Shown piece after piece: positions 52,132 to 60,441 of a DNA stretch of 64,000 bases. A program made the translations under genes and the position numbers. The stretch covers positions 118,887 to 182,886 of the forward strand of contig CAJQLY010000002.1 of the NCBI GenBank assembly GCA_905479295.1, in the 5' to 3' direction. Source of the DNA: an uncultured Gammaproteobacteria bacterium (GTDB lineage Bacteria > Pseudomonadota > Gammaproteobacteria > UBA4575). The notes beneath the pieces are model-generated. The model saw only the letters and a program-made list of their open reading frames with translations, was not told the DNA's origin and made no database searches. Numbering within the stretch: position 1 is the first letter of the stretch; every line of letters starts with the position of its first letter.

Positions 52132-52791
52132 ATGACTATTTCTGACTCAGTAGTATTTAGTATGGCTCACCATCCTTACGTGGTGGGTGGTCTTAAGTTG
52201 TTTCCTTTCCCCTTGTTTATCACATTCATACTCCTTTTTTCTTCGGCGTTTGCAGCAGAACCTATCAGTCGTGCTACTGATTGTACTGAAATGGAAGTTC
52301 AGGCAGATATTAATCCAGAATTAAGTAGAGATGAAAATCTGCAGCAATTATCTGAAATATTTTATGAGTCGTTGAATACAGTCACACATTGTGAATCTAC
52401 TGAAGATTCAGCGGATGGAGTACAATCCTCTATTGATGGGGAGGCGGCAGATTCTATGGCTAGTATTGCTGCTTCAGATATCAGTGGAACGGAAAGTGAT
52501 GAGTCCCTGTCAGAGAGTAATGCTGATATGGAGCAAAATGCCTTCGAAGATAATACTGAGTATGCGTCTGATATGGATGATCTTGAAATAACTGAGAGTG
52601 ATACAAAAGGAAAAGAGAACGGGACTCAGGCGCCTGGTGATATCCCGCCGAGTGATAATGACTCGATTTTTGAAAAGCAAATACGCGAAGCAGCAGAAAA
52701 TGAAACCGATCCAGAGGTTAGAGAACGTCTTTGGAATGAATACCGAAAGTATAAAGGCTTACCGGTAAAACCAGTTAAGGAGAAGTCATAG
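52132..52791 (+). CDS. secreted, extremely acidic low-complexity protein (system gene 1)
   Basis: Hydrophobic signal sequence ending in SSAFA/AEP. A long D/E/S-rich segment is followed by a conserved-looking basic tail, ETDPEVRERLWNEYRKYKG. The stop overlaps the next start (TAGTG). Confidence 0.7.
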   Translation: MTISDSVVFSMAHHPYVVGGLKLFPFPLFITFILLFSSAFAAEPISRATDCTEMEVQADINPELSRDENLQQLSEIFYESLNTVTHCESTEDSADGVQSSIDGEAADSMASIAASDISGTESDESLSESNADMEQNAFEDNTEYASDMDDLEITESDTKGKENGTQAPGDIPPSDNDSIFEKQIREAAENETDPEVRERLWNEYRKYKGLPVKPVKEKS

Positions 52792-54095
52792 TGTGGATCT
52801 GGGTTAAGCAAGTAATCATTTATTTGCTAGTGCTGAGTATGGTGGGTTGTAATTCACAAGCGATGTTTAACACTAAAGATGATTCGATAGACCAGTCGGA
52901 TGTCGGTCCTGCTACTTCGTCAAAGATTGAAGCATCTATAGTTGAAGAGCAGCCGATTAATCGTGGACGTAAATTAGATGTCATTATCCCTATATTTGAT
53001 TCAGGGCTAGATGATGAGGTTATTGGTGAGACCGTATGGGCAGAGCTGCGGCGTTCAGAAGCAACTATTTTCGCCAATCAATTAAAAGCAACATTAGATG
53101 CGACTGGCCAGTTTGCTGCAGTTAGAGTAACGCCAGATGCCACTGCAACAGGTGAGCTCTATATTCAAGGCAGAATAGAACAGTCTACGGGTCATGATGT
53201 TGAAATCTCATTAAGTGTTTCAAGTATTACTGGTGAAGATGTAATTGCACGCTCTGCTGCAGGTAGTTTCTCATTTGCCAAACTAATTAATCGTGATGGA
53301 CGTACTATTAAAAGCTTCGAACATACTGTCGATAAAAATTATTTTACGAATCTTAGGAATGATAAGCAGCAAGCCTATCAGCCTGTTTTTGATCAAGCCT
53401 CTGACTTTGTTGTGTCACTTTTGAAAAAATATTCGGAAGCTGAAAAGGCAGAGCTGGGCAATCTGTCTGATTTGCGTTTTGCAGCTAGTTTTTCTGAAGA
53501 TGCATTCTCTGAGTATATGGTGATTGAAAAGGGTGAGACCCATTTAGTCGGTATGCCCAGTATGGATGATCCAATGTATCAAAAAGTCAGGGCGCTTCGA
53601 GTACGAGATCAACTGTTTATCGATAATCTTCAGAATGAATATCAAGGCTTTAACCAACAGATTAATGAAAGCTATTTGTTATGGCAGGAGCAAAGCTTAG
53701 AAGAGCATGTCCTAAAGAAAGAGGCTAAAGCACGTTCAACCAAAAAGATATTAGGCGGCATCGCTTTAATCGGCTTAGCGATATTATCTGCCTCATCTAA
53801 TTCTGGGAGTAACAGTGTTGGTGATAATGCAGCTGCAACAGCTACAGTGGCAGCCGGGGTGGCTGCTGTTGGCCTAATTTCATCAGGTATCCATGATCGT
53901 AAAGAAGCCGCGATGCATAACGAAACGATCAAAGAGTTAGGTCAGTCAGTTGATATTGAGATGTCTCCACAAGTGGTTGCCTTTGAAGAGCGTGAAAAAG
54001 AGTTAGTGGGTGACTCAGCAGAGCAATTTCAACAGTGGCGTTCATTTTTAAAGACCATCTATGAGCTAGAAAAAACACCGGATGTTCAGTTGTAA
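52791..54095 (+). CDS. lipoprotein with C-terminal Gly/Ala-rich hydrophobic hairpin (system gene 2)
   Basis: GTG start and lipobox LSMVGC. The N-terminal part has a CsgG/LpoB-like pattern (weak). The C-terminal region has ILGGIALIGLAILSA...VAAGVAAVGLISSGI. Confidence 0.75.
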   Translation: MWIWVKQVIIYLLVLSMVGCNSQAMFNTKDDSIDQSDVGPATSSKIEASIVEEQPINRGRKLDVIIPIFDSGLDDEVIGETVWAELRRSEATIFANQLKATLDATGQFAAVRVTPDATATGELYIQGRIEQSTGHDVEISLSVSSITGEDVIARSAAGSFSFAKLINRDGRTIKSFEHTVDKNYFTNLRNDKQQAYQPVFDQASDFVVSLLKKYSEAEKAELGNLSDLRFAASFSEDAFSEYMVIEKGETHLVGMPSMDDPMYQKVRALRVRDQLFIDNLQNEYQGFNQQINESYLLWQEQSLEEHVLKKEAKARSTKKILGGIALIGLAILSASSNSGSNSVGDNAAATATVAAGVAAVGLISSGIHDRKEAAMHNETIKELGQSVDIEMSPQVVAFEEREKELVGDSAEQFQQWRSFLKTIYELEKTPDVQL

Positions 54096-54100
54096 ATGCT

Positions 54101-55558
54101 ATGTTGACGGAAGAGGTTGAGCTAGCAAAAGGTAATCAGCGTCAAGGTATCTTGAAGCTCTTGCTAGTATTCCTGCTGACTGGTTTTTTATTGATGGTGG
54201 TTTTTTGGTTACTGCCAAAATTAGTTTCAGAGCCAGATATAGACAATGACGAGCTAAGTAAAATAACAAATCAAAGCGCACCTTATTCATTAAAAGATAA
54301 GACGAATAATGAAACACCTGTTATCAGCTCTGAATACACACAAGAACAAGCATTGGATGCGATTAAGGCATTGGATCAGCAGTTGTTGTTAATGGCTCCT
54401 TATCAGTCTTTGCAGAATGATATAGGGCTTATGCAAACCATTGATAGTGTGCAGACGCAGGTGACTGAAGCCTTTACCCGGGCCGATTACGATGCGGTAG
54501 TGCTTGCCCTGAAAGAGCTGAGCCTTGATATTGATCAGGCAATCAATGCTGCACAATCGACAGTAGAACAAGGTTTGGAAAAGGCTAGGCAGTTATGGCG
54601 TGAGAAGCAGTTGTCGCAGTTGCAGTTAGAATTAAAGCAGATCCAGGCGATTCAAGCCGATCTGCCAGAGTGGTTAGAGCTAAATGATTTACTCATGGCA
54701 TGGCCTGAAGTGGAATCTCTATTAAGGATTTCAAAGACAGCAGGACTTGAAGGGCGCTATCAAGAGCAGCTACAAGCGTTGATCAAAATTAGTCGCTTAT
54801 CAAATGACCTACCTGAATTGGCTCAGCAGATTGCAGGAGTAAAAAGGGAGGTAGCAGAAGATCAATATAGACAAGCTATTACCAAGGCTGACGTTGCTAA
54901 GCGCATACCTGATTTAGCGCGGATGCAGGCTGCAATTAAGTTGGCTCGTGACGTGTACCCTCAACGCCCTGAGGTGACTCGTTTGACTCAAGAGCTGGCT
55001 GAGTTAAAGCGTCAGCGAGACTATCAATTATACCTAAGTCAGGCCGAGCTAAGTTTGACTAAGGATCAATGGGCATCGGCATTTAAAGATTTAAGTGCGG
55101 CTCATGATTTATATCCTAATCAACGAGACACCCTGGATAAAAAAGCCTTTGTTGCTGCATATCTTAAATTAATGCAAGAAAGTACTGAGATCTTAAATCA
55201 ACCAAGCCTGCTTACCTCTGCAGTTAAGAGAAAGCGTTCTGCAGATATATTGGATGGGATGGTTTTATATCGTAGCCTCAGTCTTCGTATGGTGAATATT
55301 GAAAAAGAACTGAGTAAACAGCTTCGACGTTATTCGAAAAAAGTAGCATTGAAGGTGCTGTCAGATAATGAGACCTATATTGAAGTTCGTAGTATTGGCA
55401 AGGTGGGTGTTGTGGCAGAGAAGATGATCTCGCTACTGCCTGGCAACTATCTATTTGAGGGTAAACGCGTTGGCTATGTAACAAAAACAGTCAAGGTGAC
55501 TATTACTCCTGAGGATTTTGATAAACAAGTGAAGGTGATTGCTAATGAGCGAATTTGA
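54101..55558 (+). CDS. N-terminally anchored helical/coiled-coil protein with C-terminal PEGA-like domain (system gene 3)
   Basis: TM helix LLLVFLLTGFLLMVVFWLL, then about 350 aa of helical repeats. The C-terminus (LLPGNYLFEGKRVGYVTKTVKVTI) is PEGA-like. Confidence 0.75.
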   Translation: MLTEEVELAKGNQRQGILKLLLVFLLTGFLLMVVFWLLPKLVSEPDIDNDELSKITNQSAPYSLKDKTNNETPVISSEYTQEQALDAIKALDQQLLLMAPYQSLQNDIGLMQTIDSVQTQVTEAFTRADYDAVVLALKELSLDIDQAINAAQSTVEQGLEKARQLWREKQLSQLQLELKQIQAIQADLPEWLELNDLLMAWPEVESLLRISKTAGLEGRYQEQLQALIKISRLSNDLPELAQQIAGVKREVAEDQYRQAITKADVAKRIPDLARMQAAIKLARDVYPQRPEVTRLTQELAELKRQRDYQLYLSQAELSLTKDQWASAFKDLSAAHDLYPNQRDTLDKKAFVAAYLKLMQESTEILNQPSLLTSAVKRKRSADILDGMVLYRSLSLRMVNIEKELSKQLRRYSKKVALKVLSDNETYIEVRSIGKVGVVAEKMISLLPGNYLFEGKRVGYVTKTVKVTITPEDFDKQVKVIANERI

Positions 55559-57518
55559 AGATCAGATTAAGCAAGCATCTTCACATCAAAATGCACGTTG
55601 GCTGATCTCTAGCATTAGCATTTCGCTGCTATTGTTGTTTATTGGCTTATACATTTTTTCTTTAACAGTCTATACCATTCAGATTGAACCACTTGCAGCA
55701 GATGAGGTTTCGACGCAGTCGATTGAGTCAGGATTCGGGTTTAGCTATAAACAAAAAGTCTTTGCCTTTTCAGATGGGACTAGCCTGCGTGTTAGTGCCG
55801 TAGGCTTTAAAGATAAAGAACTAGTCTTGAAAAGCCATGTTGAGAACGGCATTGTTAGCTTTAATCTAGAGCCTAAGTTAGCACTGGTTTCATTACAGAC
55901 CAAGTCGATGACTGTTGTTGATTGGTATCTTGATGGGCGTTTTGTTGAACGTGCTTCAAGCCTGCAACGAGAGCTCGATCCAGGTGAGTATGTATTCAGC
56001 GTGCAGTCTAATTATCATCAAGTGATCGATGATAGTGTCAGTGTTAAAGCGGGTTTAGACGTTAATCGCACGTACTCTTTATTGCCATTGGAAGGCACAC
56101 TGACGATCCATGCAGATGTATCATCAGCAAAGCTTACGGTTGATGCGATGCCTTATAAGTTAGGGGATGTGCTGAGTAAGCAGGCAGCTAAGTATGCGAT
56201 TGAGGTTAGTGCGCCGGGTTACTATCCTATCGAAGAAGATATCTCGTTAGATAAGAAAGATCTCAGGGTTCAACGACATTATAAACTTCGACCTAAACCT
56301 ATTGCGTTGACGCTTAAGCTACAACCTAAGGGTGGTGTATTATTAGCTAATGGCCTTCAGCTCAAGCCTGATAGCGCTATAAAATTACCGTATCAAAATC
56401 AGTTTATCTTTGAATATGCAAAACCAGGCTATGTTAGCCAAGTGCTACAGCGTAGCTTTAAACCTGGAGAACAGTTCAAGCTGGATTTCTCACTAGTAGA
56501 ACAAAAGGCTGCGGTTAGTATTAGTGCGAATGTTGAATCAGATATTTATATTCAAGGGCAGCGTGTTGCGACGACCCCTGCAACATTACAGCTACTGACA
56601 AAGAAACAGACTATAGAGCTGCGTAAAAAAGGCTATCGCAGTGTTAAGCAGACGATCATGCCGAATGCTAAACAGCTGACTAAGTTGCAAATGACACTGT
56701 ATACCGAGACACAGGCACGGTTGTTAGAGGCAAAGAATGTCTACATCAATTCGGTGGGCATTGAGTTTCAATTGGTCAAGCCACAGGGCCAGCAATTTAC
56801 CATGGGTGGGTCACGTGATGAGCCGGGGCAGAGGGCGAACGAATTCCAGCGTAAAGTGCGATTAGAGCGACCTTTTTATGTTGCTAGTACTGAATTGACG
56901 GAATATCAATTTTCAGCCCGCAACGCGAATTCTAATCAACCACTAGTGAACACTGCATGGGAACAGGTTGCCGTATTTTGTAATCAGTTAAGCCTGAAAG
57001 AAGGATTGCAGCCGTTCTATTTATTTCGTGGTACTAAATACATCGGTTTTGAAGCTAAGGCGAATGGCTATAGGATGATCACTGAAGCAGAGTGGGAGTT
57101 TATGGCGCGTGTTTATCAGCGTGACAAGAAAACTACATTTGCTTGGGGGAATCAGGATCAAGTACCAGCCGAGGCGGGTAATCTTGCTGATGCCGAAAGC
57201 CAATTAGCGCGCTATATTCCACGTTATAAAGATGGTGTCAGTGGCCTAGCTAATATTAGAAGCTATGCAGTGGAATTGTCAGGCCTGTTTGATCAGATTG
57301 GTAATGCCAGTGAATGGGTACATGATATTTATGACCTAACACCGGCTGATCAACGAGTGGTGTATGTTGACCCTTTGGGACTGTCTAAAGGTAATAACCA
57401 TGTGATTAAAGGTTCAAGTTATTTGTCTGCCTCTAAGACTGAAGTTAGGGCAGCCTTTCGGGATGGCTCTGCTAGCCCAAGGCCTGAGCTAGGTTTTCGT
57501 TTAGCCCGGTATTTATAA
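55545..57518 (+). CDS. membrane-anchored PEGA-repeat protein with C-terminal FGE-sulfatase (SUMF1) fold (system gene 4)
   Basis: TM helix ISISLLLLFIGLYIFSLTVY and about 5 PEGA-like repeats (e.g. IYIQGQRVATTPATLQL...KKGYRSVKQTI). The FGE fold shows FTMGG, GYRMITEAEWEF, GNASEWVHD, VIKGSSY and LGFRLAR. The ATG at 55545 overlaps the upstream gene by 14 nt. Confidence 0.85.
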   Translation: MSEFEDQIKQASSHQNARWLISSISISLLLLFIGLYIFSLTVYTIQIEPLAADEVSTQSIESGFGFSYKQKVFAFSDGTSLRVSAVGFKDKELVLKSHVENGIVSFNLEPKLALVSLQTKSMTVVDWYLDGRFVERASSLQRELDPGEYVFSVQSNYHQVIDDSVSVKAGLDVNRTYSLLPLEGTLTIHADVSSAKLTVDAMPYKLGDVLSKQAAKYAIEVSAPGYYPIEEDISLDKKDLRVQRHYKLRPKPIALTLKLQPKGGVLLANGLQLKPDSAIKLPYQNQFIFEYAKPGYVSQVLQRSFKPGEQFKLDFSLVEQKAAVSISANVESDIYIQGQRVATTPATLQLLTKKQTIELRKKGYRSVKQTIMPNAKQLTKLQMTLYTETQARLLEAKNVYINSVGIEFQLVKPQGQQFTMGGSRDEPGQRANEFQRKVRLERPFYVASTELTEYQFSARNANSNQPLVNTAWEQVAVFCNQLSLKEGLQPFYLFRGTKYIGFEAKANGYRMITEAEWEFMARVYQRDKKTTFAWGNQDQVPAEAGNLADAESQLARYIPRYKDGVSGLANIRSYAVELSGLFDQIGNASEWVHDIYDLTPADQRVVYVDPLGLSKGNNHVIKGSSYLSASKTEVRAAFRDGSASPRPELGFRLARYL

Positions 57519-57543
57519 AATATCCGAAAAAGGATGCAATATT

Positions 57544-57666
57544 ATGAATAAAAAATTATTAGTAGGGTTTCTGTGTTTTCTGATGCTTTGCCTAACGGCT
57601 GTTGGTATTACCTATGCAGCTAAATTGAGTGTAGGTGTTCCTGTTAGCTTTCCGGTAGATATTTAA
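57544..57666 (+). CDS. unannotated 40-aa hydrophobic peptide (system gene 5)
   Basis: MNKKLLVGFLCFLMLCLTAVGITYAAKLSVGVPVSFPVDI. It is below the ORF-track length cutoff. The stop overlaps the MotA/ExbB start (TAATG). Confidence 0.5.
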   Translation: MNKKLLVGFLCFLMLCLTAVGITYAAKLSVGVPVSFPVDI

Positions 57667-58433
57667 TGACTAAATCAATTCAAGGCATTATCGCCTTAAC
57701 GCTGTCTGCAATTTTAGTCCATGGCTTTTATGTGGTTTTAGTAGAGCCTAATGTTGCGCTAGCACAAGCCTTAATTATACAGGGTGATGGTGAGCAACAA
57801 CGCTCTATTTGGATTATTTTAAAAGACTTTGAGCAGGAAGCATGTCTGATCTTAATGTTCTGGGCGATCTATCTGATTGCTGAGAAATTCATTCATATCA
57901 CGAAGACTAATTATTTATTTGAGGTCGACTTCTTCAAGAACTGTGATATGAGCAGTACTGCTATTAGTACGGTAGTTGATGATCTAGAAGACTTAAAAGG
58001 TGGCATCGCTAACACGCCCTTAATCCGTACACTTAAAGTATCACTACGACGATTTTTGTTGTCGCAAGATATTCATGCAACGGCAGAGGTTATCGAGGCA
58101 GAGTGTGTTGCCCTAGGTAACAAAAATGAAGCCGAGAATTCAATGATCCGTTATTTGATATGGGCGATTCCATCAATAGGTTTCATCGGTACGGTGCGGG
58201 GTATTGGTCAGGCCTTAGCGCAGGCTGATAAAGCTTTAGCTGGTGATATATCTGGTATGACAAATAGTTTGGGTGTCGCTTTCAATTCGACCTTGGTTGC
58301 ATTATTCGTCAGTATGATCCTGATGTTTCTGCTATATCAATTGCAACGTGCGCAAGACTCCTTAACCGTATCAGTGAATGATTATTGCCAGAATAAAGTA
58401 TTAGATCCGCTAAGCCGAAGCCGTCTTAACTAG
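57666..58433 (+). CDS. MotA/TolQ/ExbB proton-channel family protein (system gene 6)
   Basis: 255 aa with 3 TM helices. Has the family C-terminal signature IPSIGFIGTVRGIGQAL ... GVAFNSTLVALFVSMILMFL. Confidence 0.88.
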   Translation: MTKSIQGIIALTLSAILVHGFYVVLVEPNVALAQALIIQGDGEQQRSIWIILKDFEQEACLILMFWAIYLIAEKFIHITKTNYLFEVDFFKNCDMSSTAISTVVDDLEDLKGGIANTPLIRTLKVSLRRFLLSQDIHATAEVIEAECVALGNKNEAENSMIRYLIWAIPSIGFIGTVRGIGQALAQADKALAGDISGMTNSLGVAFNSTLVALFVSMILMFLLYQLQRAQDSLTVSVNDYCQNKVLDPLSRSRLN

Positions 58434-58442
58434 ATAGATAAG

Positions 58443-59504
58443 ATGCGCCGCAATCCTACCTCTAACTTAGCGTTCATCGATATCATGAGTTGTGGTTTAG
58501 GGGCGGTTATCCTGATCTTGGTATTATTAAAAAATCAGCAGACAACACCAGATGAGCTGGTTGAGTTGGAGCATGCTGGTTTAGATCAGCAGATAGCAGC
58601 TTTGCTGAGTCAGCGACAAGCGGCTATGGCAAAGACTGAAGCTAAACAATCAGCGTTGTCAAAGCTAGACCAAGAGATCAATGATTTACGCGCTAGACAG
58701 TCAGTTATTGCTTCTATTAAGAGCACTACACTGAGTACGATTGAACGCCTGCAATTAAAGATTCAATCCAGTCAGCAAGGCCTCAGTAGCTTACTTGAAA
58801 AAGAGAAGATCAATCCGATCGAGACACAAACAATACGACAGCAAGATTATTTGGTTGGCCTGAATATAGAAGGCCAACGTATTGCTATATTGGTCGATAG
58901 TAGTGCGTCAATGACTGCACGTGAGCTGATTAGCATTACGAACTACAAGGTTCAATCAGAGGCTAAACGTAGATCAGCAGCTAAATGGAAAAGAACTTTA
59001 CGCATAGTTCAGTGGCTGATGGCGAGAGCTCCGGAAGACTCAGAGCTACTGGTGATGTCGTTTTCTGATCAGGCAATTATACAAAGTCAGCCTAAGTGGA
59101 TCTCAGTTAAAGATGAGAAAGCATTGGCAGTGACTCAGAAAGCAATACGCTCAGTCACACCTTATGGTGCAACAAATTTAGAGAAGGCAATGGCTAAGGT
59201 GCTGAAGCAGCGCCCAGACGCGATTTATCTGATAACCGATGGCTTGCCAACTCGAGGTTTAAGTGAGTCATCCATCTTATCCTCTGGCGGCTGTGGTGGT
59301 ATGACAGCATTAAAGAAAACTGTATCTGGTGAGTGTCGTGTCACACTATTGCGGCAGGCAGCTAGTCTAACAAATCCATTCCGCGGCAAACTTTCAATTA
59401 TCTTGTTACCTTTAGAGGGTGATCCCCAGGCGGCTCCAGAGCTGTCTAAATGGGTGTTAAGTACAGGTGGTACTTTAATTAGCCCGGCGGCTACTTGGCC
59501 ATGA
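58443..59504 (+). CDS. ExbD/TolR-like TM anchor - coiled coil - vWA domain protein (system gene 7)
   Basis: The N-terminus LAFIDIMSCGLGAVILILVLL parallels ExbD PFIDVMLVLLIIF, including the Asp. A coiled coil spans about aa 45-125. The vWA domain has MIDAS elements DSSAS, GATN and ITDG. Confidence 0.85.
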   Translation: MRRNPTSNLAFIDIMSCGLGAVILILVLLKNQQTTPDELVELEHAGLDQQIAALLSQRQAAMAKTEAKQSALSKLDQEINDLRARQSVIASIKSTTLSTIERLQLKIQSSQQGLSSLLEKEKINPIETQTIRQQDYLVGLNIEGQRIAILVDSSASMTARELISITNYKVQSEAKRRSAAKWKRTLRIVQWLMARAPEDSELLVMSFSDQAIIQSQPKWISVKDEKALAVTQKAIRSVTPYGATNLEKAMAKVLKQRPDAIYLITDGLPTRGLSESSILSSGGCGGMTALKKTVSGECRVTLLRQAASLTNPFRGKLSIILLPLEGDPQAAPELSKWVLSTGGTLISPAATWP

Positions 59505-60424
59505 TGCGCAGAGAAGCACCAGATGCATTTGGTACTGCCTTTCTGGATATTATTTCCTGTGGCTTTGGTGCAATTGTATTGTTGATTCTTATCTTTAAAT
59601 TTGAGCCTGATGTCAGTGGTCTTATTTCGGTTGAAAGCGATGATGCAAAGGCTAAGATTAAACAGCTCTATGGTCTTATGGATGAGCTGAAAACAGAATC
59701 AGCAGTCGATAGTGAGCAGTCTACTAAGGCCAAAGCAGAAATATTAAAGGCAGCACGGGCTAAACTTGAATATGCAATGACTGAGACTGCCAAATTGCAA
59801 CAGACCTCAACTGAGCTTAAGAAGCAACTTGGTGCATTGCAAAAAAAGGTTAAGAAGCAACAGATTGCAGGCACCTCAGAGGGTGATCAATCACGTCAGG
59901 ATGATGAAGTTGGTGGTATTCCAGTCGATCGTGATTATGTCATTTTTATTGTTGATACCTCCGGCAGTATGAAAGAGATCTGGCGTAAGGTGATGCGTGA
60001 GATAGAGGATATATTGACCGTCCACCCCCAAGTGAAGGGCTTCCAGATCATTAATGATAATGGCAACTATCTGGTTAGTGGCTATGCTGGTAAGTGGATG
60101 AAAGATACACCGAGTATGAGAAAACGTGTAATGAAGCTGTTTAGCTCTTGGGCAAGCATCTCAAATAGTAGCCCAGTTGAAGGGATTGAAACCGCCTTAA
60201 CACGGTATTCAAAATACACTAAAAATCTTTCGATTTATGTCATCGGTGATGATTTCACCGGCGCAAATTTTGATCAGGTTATTTCACGTACGCGCCAGCT
60301 GAATAAAGGACGCGCGCGTATCCATGCACTCAACTTTATCTCACCTAATGCATCTACTGATCGCTTCAGTACTTTGATGCGAGAGATCTGTCGCGAAAAC
60401 CAAGGGACCTTCCTGACTTTTTAA
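59501..60424 (+). CDS. ExbD/TolR-like TM anchor - coiled coil - vWA domain protein, paralog (system gene 8)
   Basis: The ATG overlaps the upstream stop (ATGA). N-terminus is AFLDIISCGFGAIVLLILIF. It has a Lys/Gln-rich coiled coil and a vWA domain with DTSGS and VIGDD. Confidence 0.85.
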   Translation: MMRREAPDAFGTAFLDIISCGFGAIVLLILIFKFEPDVSGLISVESDDAKAKIKQLYGLMDELKTESAVDSEQSTKAKAEILKAARAKLEYAMTETAKLQQTSTELKKQLGALQKKVKKQQIAGTSEGDQSRQDDEVGGIPVDRDYVIFIVDTSGSMKEIWRKVMREIEDILTVHPQVKGFQIINDNGNYLVSGYAGKWMKDTPSMRKRVMKLFSSWASISNSSPVEGIETALTRYSKYTKNLSIYVIGDDFTGANFDQVISRTRQLNKGRARIHALNFISPNASTDRFSTLMREICRENQGTFLTF

Positions 60425-60441
60425 TCCTAAGATAAAGCTGG

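Noticed and set aside
52132-60424. Equating the operon with Zorya, Tol-Pal, Ton, Bat (aerotolerance) or GldKLMN.
   Set aside because: Each named system requires components absent here: a ZorB OmpA-like domain plus ZorC/D; TolA/TolB/Pal; TonB; MoxR/DUF58; GldM/GldN. Only the motor principle and the FGE fold are shared, so I report it as distinct and unassigned.
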